From contig JAEPMI010000004.1 of assembly GCA_017644045.1 (NCBI GenBank), positions 142,014 through 206,013 of the forward strand: a stretch of DNA of 64,000 nt. Direction: 5' to 3'. The notes under the pieces were generated by a model that was not told the DNA's origin, did not search any database, and saw only the letters and a program-made list of their open reading frames with translations. The translations under genes were made by a program, and so were the position numbers. Numbering within the stretch: position 1 is the first letter of the stretch; the number at the start of each line of letters is the position of its first letter. The DNA comes from Deltaproteobacteria bacterium (GTDB taxonomy: Bacteria; Myxococcota_A; Polyangia; Polyangiales; Houyiibacteriaceae). Below are positions 51,999-61,323 of the stretch, one piece after another.

Positions 51999-54395
51999 AT
52001 GCGGCCGCTCGCGTTCGTCCTGTGTCCTGCGCTCTTCTGTCTCGGCCCCTCGGTCGTGCGCGCCCAGGCCGAAGATGCGCCGAACGAGACCGCGCCGACC
52101 GTCACGCCACCCTCGGTCGTCTCGATGCCGGACGTCGTGCTCGGCGAAGACGCCCGCGCCGCCGCGCGAGAGCTCGACGACCCGGCCGTCACGCTCGTCG
52201 TGCTGGTGCTGGCGGACGGGAGCGCCGAGCTCCAGGAGTGCCCGGCGCCAGACTCGGTGTGCGCGGACCTGCGAGCCGCGATCGAGGGCGCGGAGTTCAC
52301 GCCGGCACGGCGCGGCGAGGAGGCGCTGCCGGCGCGCATCTCCCTTCGCTTCTCCGTCGCTGTGCCGGACGAAGCCGAACCCGAGCCCGAGGAGCCCGAG
52401 CCCACGGAGCCGACGGCGGACTCCGACACGCCGCCCTCCCCCGCGGAGACGGCCGCCGCCGCGGAGCCCGAGCTGGCGTTCGGCGCTCGCGCCGTGGTGG
52501 TCAACCCACCGGAGGGCGCGCTGCGTCTCACCCTCGACGAGGCGCGCTCGCTACCCGGGACCCTCGGCGATCCCTTCCGGGCGGTGGAGGCGCTGCCGGG
52601 CGTCACGCCCATCTTCAGCGGGCTGCCCTACTTCTACGTCCGCGGCTCCCCGCCCTCGGGGACGCTCTACACGTACGACATGATCAACATGCCGATCCTC
52701 TTCCACCTGGGGCTCGGTCCGTCGGTCGTGCACCCACGCATGGTGGGGCCGATCCGGCTCTACTCGGGCGTGGGTCCGGCTCGCTACGGGCGGTACATCG
52801 GCGGCGTGATCGAAGCCGAAGGGCCGGAGCCGACACAGAGCGAGCTCATGGGCGAGGCCGAGCTGCGGCTGCTCGACGTGAACGGCTTCGTGCAGACCCC
52901 GGTGGGCGACGGCGAGCTGATGGTCGCCGCGCGCTACGGCTACCCGGGCCTGGTCATCTCGCTGGTGAGCCCCGGCACGAAGCTCTCCTACTGGGACTAC
53001 CAGCTCCGCTTCCGCCACCCGATCGGTCGCGACACCGACTTCGAGCTCGTGGCGCTCGGCTCCTTCGACCGGCTCGTGACCGAGGACGTCGACACGGACC
53101 CGATCACCGGCGCGCGCATGCGGACCGAGAACAAACTGAGCATCCACTTCCACCGCTTCGAGGCGCGGCTGGTCCACGAGTTCGGCCGCAACGAGTACGG
53201 CATGGCGCTCCGCTTCGGCTGGGGTGAGTCCTCGCTCGACGAACGCAACGACGCCGGTTCGCCGTCGGAGGTGGGCGTCCGCTCCACCAGCGTGGGCCCG
53301 CGCTTCTGGCTGCGCACCCGACGGCCGAAGCTCCAGACCTTCGTCGGCGGTGAGCTCTTCGGCACTGCGGGGAACATCGACATCGGCGATGCCGCGGACG
53401 GAGCCGACATGAGCTCGATGGACCCGGCGACCAACCAGTTCCTCGCGAGTGTCTCGGGACGGAGCGTGGCCGCGCTCTACGCCGAGCTGAACTGGAAGCC
53501 GAGCTCGGCGATGACCTACGACTTCGGCTTCCGCTCGGACCTCTGGCTGGCCGGCGGCACCGCCGAGCTCGCGCTCGACCCGCGGCTCCGCGGGACCTTC
53601 CACGTGCACGAGATGGTGGACCTGCACCTCGCCGTCGGCGTCACCCGCCAGCCAGCGGTCTTCTTCATTCCGCTCCCGGGCCTCGACGAGGTCGCCGTCG
53701 CCCGCGGCCCTCAGGTCGCCATCCAATCGGAGGCCGGCATCGCGCTCGAGCCCATCGACGACCTCCGCATCGAGGCGCAGGCGTTCGTGCACCGCTACAC
53801 CGGCTTGCTCTTCCTGGACCTCTTCCTCGACGGAGAGACCTGCGTGGAGGACGACATCGGCTGCCAGCGGGTCGACGTGCCCGACCGCGTGAGCGGCACC
53901 TCCTACGGCGCCGAATTCTTCATCCGTGCCGATCCGAAGCTGCGGCTCAGCGGCTTCGCGAGCTACACGCTCTCCTGGGCGCAGATCGACGCGCTCCCGG
54001 GCCTCGACTACACGCCGAGCTTCGACGTGCGCCACGTCTTCAACCTGGCCGGCCGCGCGCAGATCGTGCCCGATCGCTTCAGCATCGGCGCGCGGCTGCA
54101 CGTTCGGACCGGCAAGCCGCTCGGCGTGATCTACGTGGACCCCGCGGGACCGACCATCGGCCGCTACCAGCAACGGCTCCCGACCTTCTATCGGATCGAC
54201 GCCGAGATCGCCTACCAGTGGAAGACGCGCTGGGGTCGCTTCCGGCTCTCGCTCGAATGGCTCAACCTCACCTGGTCGCGCGAGCCGACCGACCTCGACT
54301 GCGGCTCGCTCATCGGCGCGCCCGATCCGCCTTGTGACGTGGGCTTCGCGCCCGCCATCGTACTCCCCAACATCGGCCTGCGAGGGACCTTCTGA
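51999..54395 (+). CDS. TonB-dependent receptor-like outer-membrane protein with N-terminal TonB-C-like domain
   Basis: Internal Met MRPLAFVLCPALFCLGPSVVRAQA of ORF 51903..54395. TonB-C-like AIEGAEFTPARRGEEALPARISLRFSV, plug motif LPGTLGDPFRAVEALPGV, a long beta-barrel region, and a terminal aromatic residue (RGTF). Confidence 0.8.
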   Translation: MRPLAFVLCPALFCLGPSVVRAQAEDAPNETAPTVTPPSVVSMPDVVLGEDARAAARELDDPAVTLVVLVLADGSAELQECPAPDSVCADLRAAIEGAEFTPARRGEEALPARISLRFSVAVPDEAEPEPEEPEPTEPTADSDTPPSPAETAAAAEPELAFGARAVVVNPPEGALRLTLDEARSLPGTLGDPFRAVEALPGVTPIFSGLPYFYVRGSPPSGTLYTYDMINMPILFHLGLGPSVVHPRMVGPIRLYSGVGPARYGRYIGGVIEAEGPEPTQSELMGEAELRLLDVNGFVQTPVGDGELMVAARYGYPGLVISLVSPGTKLSYWDYQLRFRHPIGRDTDFELVALGSFDRLVTEDVDTDPITGARMRTENKLSIHFHRFEARLVHEFGRNEYGMALRFGWGESSLDERNDAGSPSEVGVRSTSVGPRFWLRTRRPKLQTFVGGELFGTAGNIDIGDAADGADMSSMDPATNQFLASVSGRSVAALYAELNWKPSSAMTYDFGFRSDLWLAGGTAELALDPRLRGTFHVHEMVDLHLAVGVTRQPAVFFIPLPGLDEVAVARGPQVAIQSEAGIALEPIDDLRIEAQAFVHRYTGLLFLDLFLDGETCVEDDIGCQRVDVPDRVSGTSYGAEFFIRADPKLRLSGFASYTLSWAQIDALPGLDYTPSFDVRHVFNLAGRAQIVPDRFSIGARLHVRTGKPLGVIYVDPAGPTIGRYQQRLPTFYRIDAEIAYQWKTRWGRFRLSLEWLNLTWSREPTDLDCGSLIGAPDPPCDVGFAPAIVLPNIGLRGTF

Positions 54396-55723
54396 TGCGT
54401 CGCCGTCGTCTGCTCCTCCTGATCACGCTGGCCGCCTGTGGCAGCCGCGAGTGCCGCCTCGATCCTTCGCCGAGCTGCAGCTACCGGCCGGAGCGCGGCG
54501 TCTCCGACGCTGGGACGGAGACCTTCGCCGACGAGGTCGTCACCGTGCGCGCCGGCGACGTCCACGCGTGCGTGCTCCTCTCGACCGGAGACGACGTCTT
54601 CGGCGGCGAGGAGACGCGGGCGCGCTGCTGGGGCGGCAACCCGAACGACCAGCTCGCGCGGGTCGCGTCGCCGGGCGTCGGCGAGCTCTGGTGGTACGCG
54701 AACTGGGACGACCGCGGTCCCTTCGACGTCGGCGCGGCGCACGCGTGCGTGATGGACCCCGAGAGTCGCGGCGACGGACCGGAGCTCACCTGCTGGGGCA
54801 ACAACGAGGGCGGCCAACTGGGCGTCGACCCCGACGACACGATCGAGGGCGTCGTGCGCTCGAGCATCGGGTTCTCAGATGCGCTCGCGAGCATGGGCCT
54901 CGGTGGACTGCACGGCTGCATCGCAGGTTCCGACGCCGTGATCTGCTTCGGCGACGCGCGCTGGGGTCAGCTCGGCGAGCCCGACGCCGAGTGTTGTGGG
55001 CCGCGGAGCGTGAACGGCGGCGGCTGGGACGGCGCTGACGTCGTGGGCTTCCGACTCGCCGCCGGGACTCGCCACAACTGCGCCATCGCGCTCGAGGAAG
55101 ACGGCGTCGGACCGCTCCGCTGCTGGGGCCACGCCGGCTTCGGCCAGGTCGGCCCCACGCCCGAGCCGACGGAGGTCAGCCCCGCGCCCTACCCGGTGCT
55201 CCCGGCCGTGCGCGCCGTCGCCGCGGGTCCGCACCACACCTGCGTGATCGACGAGTCCCGCGCGGTTCTCTGCTTCGGTCGCAACGCGCGGGGGGAGCTC
55301 GGCGTCGGCGACGAGAGCGATCGCGTCGAACCGACGACCGTGGCGCTCGGCGCGGAGGCCGCCGCCATCTTCGCCGGCGGCGAATCCGGTCTCGACTTCG
55401 GCGGCGACCTCGACGTGGTCACTCCGGGCGCCGCGCACACCTGCGCGCTCGACGCCGAGGGACGCGCCTACGGCTGGGGCGACAACTCGGCGGGCCAGCT
55501 GGGACTGCCGGCAGGGCCGCCCGAGCTCGTCCCCGTCGCCGTCCACCCCGACCTCCGCTTCGCGAGCCTGGCGCTCGGCGGTCGCTTCACGTGCGGCGCC
55601 ACCCTCGACCACCGAGTGCTCTGCTGGGGCGCGAACGATCTCGGTCAGCTCGGCCGCACCGGCGAGGGCAGCCACGAGCCAACCGAGGTGCCGATCTTCA
55701 CCGAGAGCTTCGCGTCGCCCTGA
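54395..55723 (+). CDS. RCC1-repeat lipoprotein
   Basis: Lipobox LITLAAC. Repeated CWGxNxxGQLG-type units (CWGNNEGGQLG, CFGDARWGQLG, CWGHAGFGQVG, CFGRNARGELG, GWGDNSAGQLG, CWGANDLGQLG). Confidence 0.88.
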   Translation: MRRRRLLLLITLAACGSRECRLDPSPSCSYRPERGVSDAGTETFADEVVTVRAGDVHACVLLSTGDDVFGGEETRARCWGGNPNDQLARVASPGVGELWWYANWDDRGPFDVGAAHACVMDPESRGDGPELTCWGNNEGGQLGVDPDDTIEGVVRSSIGFSDALASMGLGGLHGCIAGSDAVICFGDARWGQLGEPDAECCGPRSVNGGGWDGADVVGFRLAAGTRHNCAIALEEDGVGPLRCWGHAGFGQVGPTPEPTEVSPAPYPVLPAVRAVAAGPHHTCVIDESRAVLCFGRNARGELGVGDESDRVEPTTVALGAEAAAIFAGGESGLDFGGDLDVVTPGAAHTCALDAEGRAYGWGDNSAGQLGLPAGPPELVPVAVHPDLRFASLALGGRFTCGATLDHRVLCWGANDLGQLGRTGEGSHEPTEVPIFTESFASP

Positions 55724-55853
55724 GGAGCCTCAGGACACCCCCAGCGGTCGGCGATTGGTGCGAATCGGCCCTCCCCTGACGCCATTCGTGGCCACGGAAA
55801 GATCCACCCCCTTTGTAGCGGCAACCGTACGTTCCTCTGCTATAGTTCGCGCC

Positions 55854-56825
55854 GTGCGGTGGCTGTTTCACTTCTGCGCCCTCGGCGTGGTGTCGGCGTT
55901 CGGCATCTTCGCGTCGAGCACCCACGCGCAGAACGACACGGCGGCCGCAGCCCGGGCGTTCGAAGAAGGGCAACGGGCACAGCTCCGTGGCGACCACGCT
56001 CAAGCCGCTCAGCTCTTCGAGCTGGCCCACCGGGCCGCACCTGCGCCGGCTGCGCTGCGAAGCGCCATCCGAAGCCATCGCTCCGCCGGGAACCACGCCC
56101 GCGCCGCGACGCTCTCGCTCCGAGCGCAGCGCGAGTACCCGGACGACGCCGACACTGCCGCGCTCGCCACGAGCACCATCGGCGAGGTCGAAAGCGAGCT
56201 GACTCGGTTGAACGTCACCTGCTCCGAGCCCTGTACGCTCACGACCGACGGGCGCCTGGTGAGCCTCGAGGAGGCCGAGAGCCACGCGCTCTACCTGCTC
56301 CCCGGCAGTCACGAGCTCGTCGCACGCTTCGACGGCCGATCCGTCTCACGCTCGCTGACGGCGGAGGCCGGCACGACGCTCGACGAGAGCTTCGACGCGC
56401 CGGAGGCCGTCGCCGAGGAACCCGAGCCGGAACCGGAGCCCGAGCCGGAGCCCATCGTCGACGACCCCGAGCCCGTGATCGACGAGCCCGAGAGCTCCGG
56501 CCTGCCGCCGGCGCTGACCTTCGTCGGTCTCGGTGTGACCGCGGCCCTCGGCGCGGTGATGGTCTGGTCCCTCGTCGATACGTTCGCCGGGAGTGACCGC
56601 TACGAGGCCAACCCCACCCGCGAGCGCTGGGAGGACGGCCAGGACCGGATCCGGCGCACCTGGATCCTCGGCATGTCGACGGCCGCCGTCGGACTGGCGA
56701 CCATCGTCATCGCCGCGGTCGCGACCGATTGGGGCGGCGACGACGAGCCGGACGACACCCGAGTGCGTCTGGTGCCGAGCGTGGGTCCCCGCGCCGGCGG
56801 TCTCCTCCTCGAGGGAGCGTTCTGA
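55854..56825 (+). CDS. TPR-like/PEGA-like membrane protein (paralog of 42093..43046 in architecture)
   Basis: Part of ORF 55755..56825. GVG 55854 region: GTG 55854 gives the signal peptide VRWLFHFCALGVVSAFGIFASSTHAQ. Helical region, beta domain, PEPEPEPEPEP linker, two TM segments. Confidence 0.7.
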   Translation: MRWLFHFCALGVVSAFGIFASSTHAQNDTAAAARAFEEGQRAQLRGDHAQAAQLFELAHRAAPAPAALRSAIRSHRSAGNHARAATLSLRAQREYPDDADTAALATSTIGEVESELTRLNVTCSEPCTLTTDGRLVSLEEAESHALYLLPGSHELVARFDGRSVSRSLTAEAGTTLDESFDAPEAVAEEPEPEPEPEPEPIVDDPEPVIDEPESSGLPPALTFVGLGVTAALGAVMVWSLVDTFAGSDRYEANPTRERWEDGQDRIRRTWILGMSTAAVGLATIVIAAVATDWGGDDEPDDTRVRLVPSVGPRAGGLLLEGAF

Positions 56826-58423
56826 TGGAGAGCCTGCCCGAACGTCGACTCCTCGGTCGCCACGAGCTGGTGGCGGAGATCGCACAGGGCGGGATGGGGA
56901 TGGTCTACCTCGCCCGCCTCGAGGGCATGGGTGGGTTCCAGCGTCTCTTCGCGGTGAAGGTCCTGCACCCGCACCTGGTCCGCGAGAAGGCGTTCGTCTC
57001 GATGCTCCTCGACGAGGCGCGCCTCGCCGCGCGGCTGCATCACCCGAACGCGGTGAGCATCGTCGACGTCGGCGAGGGTCCGCTCGGCCCCTACGTCGTG
57101 ATGGAGTACGTGGACGGCTTCACCCTCGAGGAGCTCCTCGAGAAGGCCCCCAACCCCGCGGAGCGCGCGCGGCTGGGCATTCGGCTGCTCCTCGACGCGT
57201 CGAAGGGACTGCACGCCGCGCACAACCTCGTCGACGACCACGGCAGCCCGCTCGACATCGTCCACCGCGACGTCTCGCCGCAGAACGTATTGGTGGGTGC
57301 CGACGGCATCGGTCGCATCACCGACTTCGGGGTCGCGCGCGCCGCGGCCCGGATCACCTCGTCGCGCCCCGGCACCGTCAAGGGCAAGCCCTGTTACATG
57401 GCGCCCGAGCAGGCCCGCGCGGAAGACATCGACGCCCGCGCCGACATCTTTGCGATGGGCATCATGCTCTGGGAGATCCTGGTCGGCCACAGCCTCTTCC
57501 AGTGTGATGCCGACGTCGCCACGCTGATGGCCGTCATCCACAAGCCCATCCCCTTACCGAGTCACGTCGTCGAGTGCCCGGAGGAGCTGGACGCGGTCAC
57601 CATGCACGCCCTCGCGCGCGACCCGGAAGAGCGTTTCTCGTCCGCGCGCGCCTTCGCCAAGGCGCTCGAGCGGGCCGCCCGCGACGCCAACTGGGTCGCG
57701 ACGAACGACGAGGTCGCCGACTTCATCGAGGAGGCTTTCGGTGAGGAGCTCGCCGCGCGGCGCGAGGCCGTACGTGGTCACCTCGAGAGCCTGCGCGGCT
57801 CGGTCGCCGTGCCCATCGTCGCGAGCGACGTCTTCGCGGTGCCCAAGCTCGATGGTCGCCTGAGCCTCCTGGACGCGGAGAGCCGCGGCGCCTGGCACGA
57901 GACACCCGCGGAGACCGCGCGGGTCGATCCGACCGGCAAGACGGTCGCTACCCTGACCTCCGCGCCCGACCACCGAGCCCCGGCGCCGGCACCTGCGCGC
58001 CGCACGGGCCTGCTCGCCTTCGCGCTCGGCCTCGGTGGCCTCGCGATGCTCGGCGTCGCCCTCTTCGTGCTCCTGCGAGAGCCGGCCGACCCGCCGACGC
58101 CAGAAGAAGAAACCACCGCCGAAGCGCCGACCGCCGAAGCGCCGACCGCCGAAGCCGAAGCGCCGGCCGCCGAAGCCGAAGCGCCGACCGCCGAAGCCGA
58201 GGCGCCGACCGCCGAAGCCGAGGCGCCGACCGCCGAAACGCCGACCGCCGAAACGCCGACCGCCGAAGCCGGGACCGCCGAAGCCGACGAGCCCGAGGTC
58301 CAGCGCTCTCGCCGCGGCCGGCGCGCCCGCATGGCACCCGCCATGGCGGAGCCCACCGTGGAGACGGCGCCGGTGAGCCCGATGACCGGCAGCACGCTCG
58401 AGACGAACCCCTACCTCCGCTGA
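56825..58423 (+). CDS. Ser/Thr protein kinase with a TAEAP-repeat C-terminal region
   Basis: Part of ORF 56729..58423. ATG 56825 shares 1 nt with the upstream stop. AQGGMGMVY, FAVKVL, HRDVSPQNVLV, DFGVA, MAPE. TM, then (TAEA[EA]P)n repeats. Confidence 0.9.
   Translation: MESLPERRLLGRHELVAEIAQGGMGMVYLARLEGMGGFQRLFAVKVLHPHLVREKAFVSMLLDEARLAARLHHPNAVSIVDVGEGPLGPYVVMEYVDGFTLEELLEKAPNPAERARLGIRLLLDASKGLHAAHNLVDDHGSPLDIVHRDVSPQNVLVGADGIGRITDFGVARAAARITSSRPGTVKGKPCYMAPEQARAEDIDARADIFAMGIMLWEILVGHSLFQCDADVATLMAVIHKPIPLPSHVVECPEELDAVTMHALARDPEERFSSARAFAKALERAARDANWVATNDEVADFIEEAFGEELAARREAVRGHLESLRGSVAVPIVASDVFAVPKLDGRLSLLDAESRGAWHETPAETARVDPTGKTVATLTSAPDHRAPAPAPARRTGLLAFALGLGGLAMLGVALFVLLREPADPPTPEEETTAEAPTAEAPTAEAEAPAAEAEAPTAEAEAPTAEAEAPTAETPTAETPTAEAGTAEADEPEVQRSRRGRRARMAPAMAEPTVETAPVSPMTGSTLETNPYLR
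58115..58288 (+). repeat. 15/21-nt tandem repeats encoding (TAEAP / TAEAEAP / TAETP)n in the kinase C-terminus
   Basis: Units accgccgaagcgccg, accgccgaagccga(a/g)gcgccg and accgccgaaacgccg are reiterated about 9 times. Confidence 0.85.
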
Positions 58424-59403
58424 TGATGCGCACCCTTCGCTTCTCGCTCCTCCTCCTTCCCCTGCTCGGCTGCGACCTCTACCCGGAGGAACTCTACATG
58501 AACGCCGACATGAGCGCCGAGGGGATGGAGCTCGCCGACACCTGCAGCGGTGACGTGCCGATGGTGGTCTCGAGCTCCACGAGCATCCCGATCGATCTGA
58601 CGAGCCTCAACGACGACTTCCGCGACCTCGCCGCGTGCACCGGTGAGTCGACCCCGGGTGCGGACGGCTTCTTCGCGGTCGAGATGGAAGCCGGCGAGAA
58701 GTGGCACTTCCACCTCAGCGTGCCGCCCGGCGAGCTGGTGAACCCGGCCATCTACGTGCTCGATTCGTGCGACGACCGGCGCTGCCAGCCCGGCGACGGC
58801 ATCGACGTCTGTGGCGGCGAGCAGGACGAGCACTTCTCCTTCGTCGCGCCGCGGGCCGGCACCTACTTCGTGGGCATCGACGCCAGCACCACCGGCGGGG
58901 CCGCCTACGAGCTGCTCGCCGTGCGCCCCGAATGCGGCAACGGCGGCTCGCCGGAACACAGCGAGACGTGCGACGACGGCAACACCACCTCGGGCGATGG
59001 CTGCGACGAGCGCTGCCGCGCGGAGCTGGGTGCCGGCGCGCTCAACGAGGTCGAGCCGAACGACGACCTGACCGGCGCCAACGTCTTCACGCCCCCGCTC
59101 GCCATCGACGCGATCACCGGCGGCCGCTGCGACGTGGACCACTTCACCTTCACGCACGCTGGTGGACCGCTCACGGCGAGCATGCTCGCTGGTGGCGCCG
59201 TCGCCTGTACCGACCCGCCCGTGGGGCTCTCGCTGCAGCTCCTCGCGAGCGACGGACTCACGCTCCGTGGCACGGGCGCACCGACCGTGGACAACGACTG
59301 CCCGGTGATCGAGCTCGCCGACCTCGCGGCGGGTGAGTACTTCCTGAAGGTCTCGGCGCCCTTCGACGCGCGCACCTTCGGCTACGTGCTCGACGTCGAG
59401 TAG
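58423..59403 (+). CDS. lipoprotein with PPC-like domains and a myxobacterial Cys-rich repeat
   Basis: Lipobox LPLLGC. ECGNGGSPEHSETCDDGNTTSGDGCDERC matches the Myxococcus Cys-rich repeat pattern. Flanking beta-rich domains end in FGYVLDVE. Confidence 0.8.
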   Translation: MMRTLRFSLLLLPLLGCDLYPEELYMNADMSAEGMELADTCSGDVPMVVSSSTSIPIDLTSLNDDFRDLAACTGESTPGADGFFAVEMEAGEKWHFHLSVPPGELVNPAIYVLDSCDDRRCQPGDGIDVCGGEQDEHFSFVAPRAGTYFVGIDASTTGGAAYELLAVRPECGNGGSPEHSETCDDGNTTSGDGCDERCRAELGAGALNEVEPNDDLTGANVFTPPLAIDAITGGRCDVDHFTFTHAGGPLTASMLAGGAVACTDPPVGLSLQLLASDGLTLRGTGAPTVDNDCPVIELADLAAGEYFLKVSAPFDARTFGYVLDVE

Positions 59404-59409
59404 CCGCCC

Positions 59410-59739
59410 TCAGCGGCGCGGCGTCTCGTCGATCACGCGAACGATCTTGGCGAGCAGCTCGGCCGAGTCGCCCGACTCGAGGCGCTCACGAATGTCGGTC
59501 GGGACCGGGATGGTCACCGGCACCAGGCGGCGCGAGACCAAGAGATCGAAGGGCACGTCGAGCGCCGCGGCGAGGCCGCGCACCTGCTCGACGCCGGGAT
59601 CGCCGACCTCGGCGCTCTCGAGCCGCGCGATGGTCCGGCGCGACACTCCGACGCGCTGGCCGAGCTCGAGCTGACCGAGCTTCCCGCGCAGCTCGCGGAG
59701 CACTCGGAGGTTGGCGGCTAGGATCTTCGTTACATCCAT
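59410..59739 (-). CDS. XRE-family helix-turn-helix transcriptional regulator
   Basis: LRELRGKLGQLELGQRVGVSRRTIARLESAEVGDPGVEQVRGLAAALDV is a typical HTH_3 pattern. Confidence 0.85.
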   Translation of the reverse strand: MDVTKILAANLRVLRELRGKLGQLELGQRVGVSRRTIARLESAEVGDPGVEQVRGLAAALDVPFDLLVSRRLVPVTIPVPTDIRERLESGDSAELLAKIVRVIDETPRR

Positions 59740-59831
59740 CGTTGGCTCGAAGGCATGGCATCACCGGACGGATTCGTCAAAGGCCGAGCTGCACCGGTGT
59801 CGCTTTCGCCACCCGCCCACGCGATTCGGCC

Positions 59832-61241
59832 CTACTCGTCGAGGTCGTAGACGAACTCCACCCGCTCGAAGGGAACGACCACCGACGGGGTGGGGATCTG
59901 GTCCGACATTCGCGCCTCGGGTGCAAGGGGCTCGACGTACTCGACCTCCACGTAGGCGAAGGGCGGATGGAACGCGAAGTCTTCGTACGACAGCCCTGCA
60001 GGCAGTGGGAGCGACGCGGGCTCGAGCTCGATCAGATCCACCGGAGCGACGTAGACGACGATCCAGTCGCGGGACCCATCGGAAATCGTCACCCGGACCC
60101 GAGGCCAGTCCGAAGGCGCGATCTCGACCCGGGCCTCGCTGAAGAAGTCGCCCGATGGACGAGGTCGCGCCGTCAGGTCGCGCACGGTGACGTCGGTCGT
60201 CGTCTCGTCCAACGCCACCGTTGCAAGCACGGCTCCTGCATCGTCGAAGGCGGTGATCGACCGATACTCGAAACTTCCCCAAGGGCCGTCCGGGAACACG
60301 GGGATCTCTCCCTCCAGGGTGGCGTCGTCGGTCCGAAGGAGAGCCGCGGTACCCGAAGCAGGCGAATCTAGAGCGTCGCCATGCGGCGGATGGAATCGCA
60401 CCTCGCCTTCGGCATAGCGAGGACCATCGGTACCGGGCCACTCACCGATCCGAAGTCGGAAGGGTCGGTTGCCGACCGAGATCTCCTCTCCAGAAGCATC
60501 GAGAGACGAGCCATGGGATGGAATCGTCGAACCCCGCCAGAGACCGTTGATTCGAACCGGCACAGATCCGACGAAGAGGCGCTCGCTACCGTCGTCTGCT
60601 CGATAGAGGGCATCGTCGATGTCGAAGACCAACGCATACGTATCGAAGGGACCGTCGGCCTCGGAGTAGCTCAAGGTGATGTCGTCGGAGATATCGGTGG
60701 CACGAGGGACGAAGCGGAGCTGGGGTCCGCTGATGAAAGCACGTTCGCTGGGCGCCAGACCATCCACCCGAATGCCTCGCGTGGTGAGCGCCTCGTCGGG
60801 CCTCTCGACCGAAGCGGGCTCGTCCCTCCCGAAGGTCACCGACGCGCACAGGTTCTCTCGAACCTCGTAGAAGGAGCGGAGGCCTGCTCCCTCCAGGCCG
60901 AGGGTCACGCGATACGGGGCGCAGCTCCGATCGAGATCGCGCCAGGCCACCTCGCCCCGCCGAGCGGTGACACCCTCGATGGGAGGGCGACCGCAGCTCC
61001 CCTCGACGCGGGTGAGCACGGGCCCGTCGGTCGTGGTCGAGGGGAGTCGCTCCGCCACGTCGACCGAGATTCGAATCTGGAGGTCGGGCGTCCCCGTCTC
61101 GCCGCACTCCGCCACGTCTGGGGGAACCACCGCGTCGGGGGTGGCGGCATCGCTCGGCGGCGAGTCGCCGATCTGGTGGGACAGATAACAACCCGCCACC
61201 AAACTCAATGCGACCAGTGTGGGCGCTTTGGCGCAGAACAT
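59832..61241 (-). CDS. hypothetical lipoprotein (lower-GC gene)
   Basis: Internal Met MFCAKAPTLVALSLVAGC (lipobox) of ORF 59832..61301. No family recognised. Visibly less GC-rich than its neighbours, especially 60350-60720. Confidence 0.7.
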   Translation of the reverse strand: MFCAKAPTLVALSLVAGCYLSHQIGDSPPSDAATPDAVVPPDVAECGETGTPDLQIRISVDVAERLPSTTTDGPVLTRVEGSCGRPPIEGVTARRGEVAWRDLDRSCAPYRVTLGLEGAGLRSFYEVRENLCASVTFGRDEPASVERPDEALTTRGIRVDGLAPSERAFISGPQLRFVPRATDISDDITLSYSEADGPFDTYALVFDIDDALYRADDGSERLFVGSVPVRINGLWRGSTIPSHGSSLDASGEEISVGNRPFRLRIGEWPGTDGPRYAEGEVRFHPPHGDALDSPASGTAALLRTDDATLEGEIPVFPDGPWGSFEYRSITAFDDAGAVLATVALDETTTDVTVRDLTARPRPSGDFFSEARVEIAPSDWPRVRVTISDGSRDWIVVYVAPVDLIELEPASLPLPAGLSYEDFAFHPPFAYVEVEYVEPLAPEARMSDQIPTPSVVVPFERVEFVYDLDE

Positions 61242-61323
61242 ACCCAATGGTAGCGGCACTCGGCGCACGGGTCTCACGGTTCGACGAATCCGAATACCCA
61301 TGGCGACGATGCCCCGCCCGGCT

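Noticed and set aside
55813-55846. TATAGT (55841-55846) with TTGTAG (55813-55818), considered as a sigma-70-type promoter for gene 55854.
   Set aside because: The spacing between the hexamers is about 22 nt, too long for a canonical promoter. TATAGT alone, 7 nt before the GTG, might indicate a leaderless transcript, but that cannot be supported from sequence.
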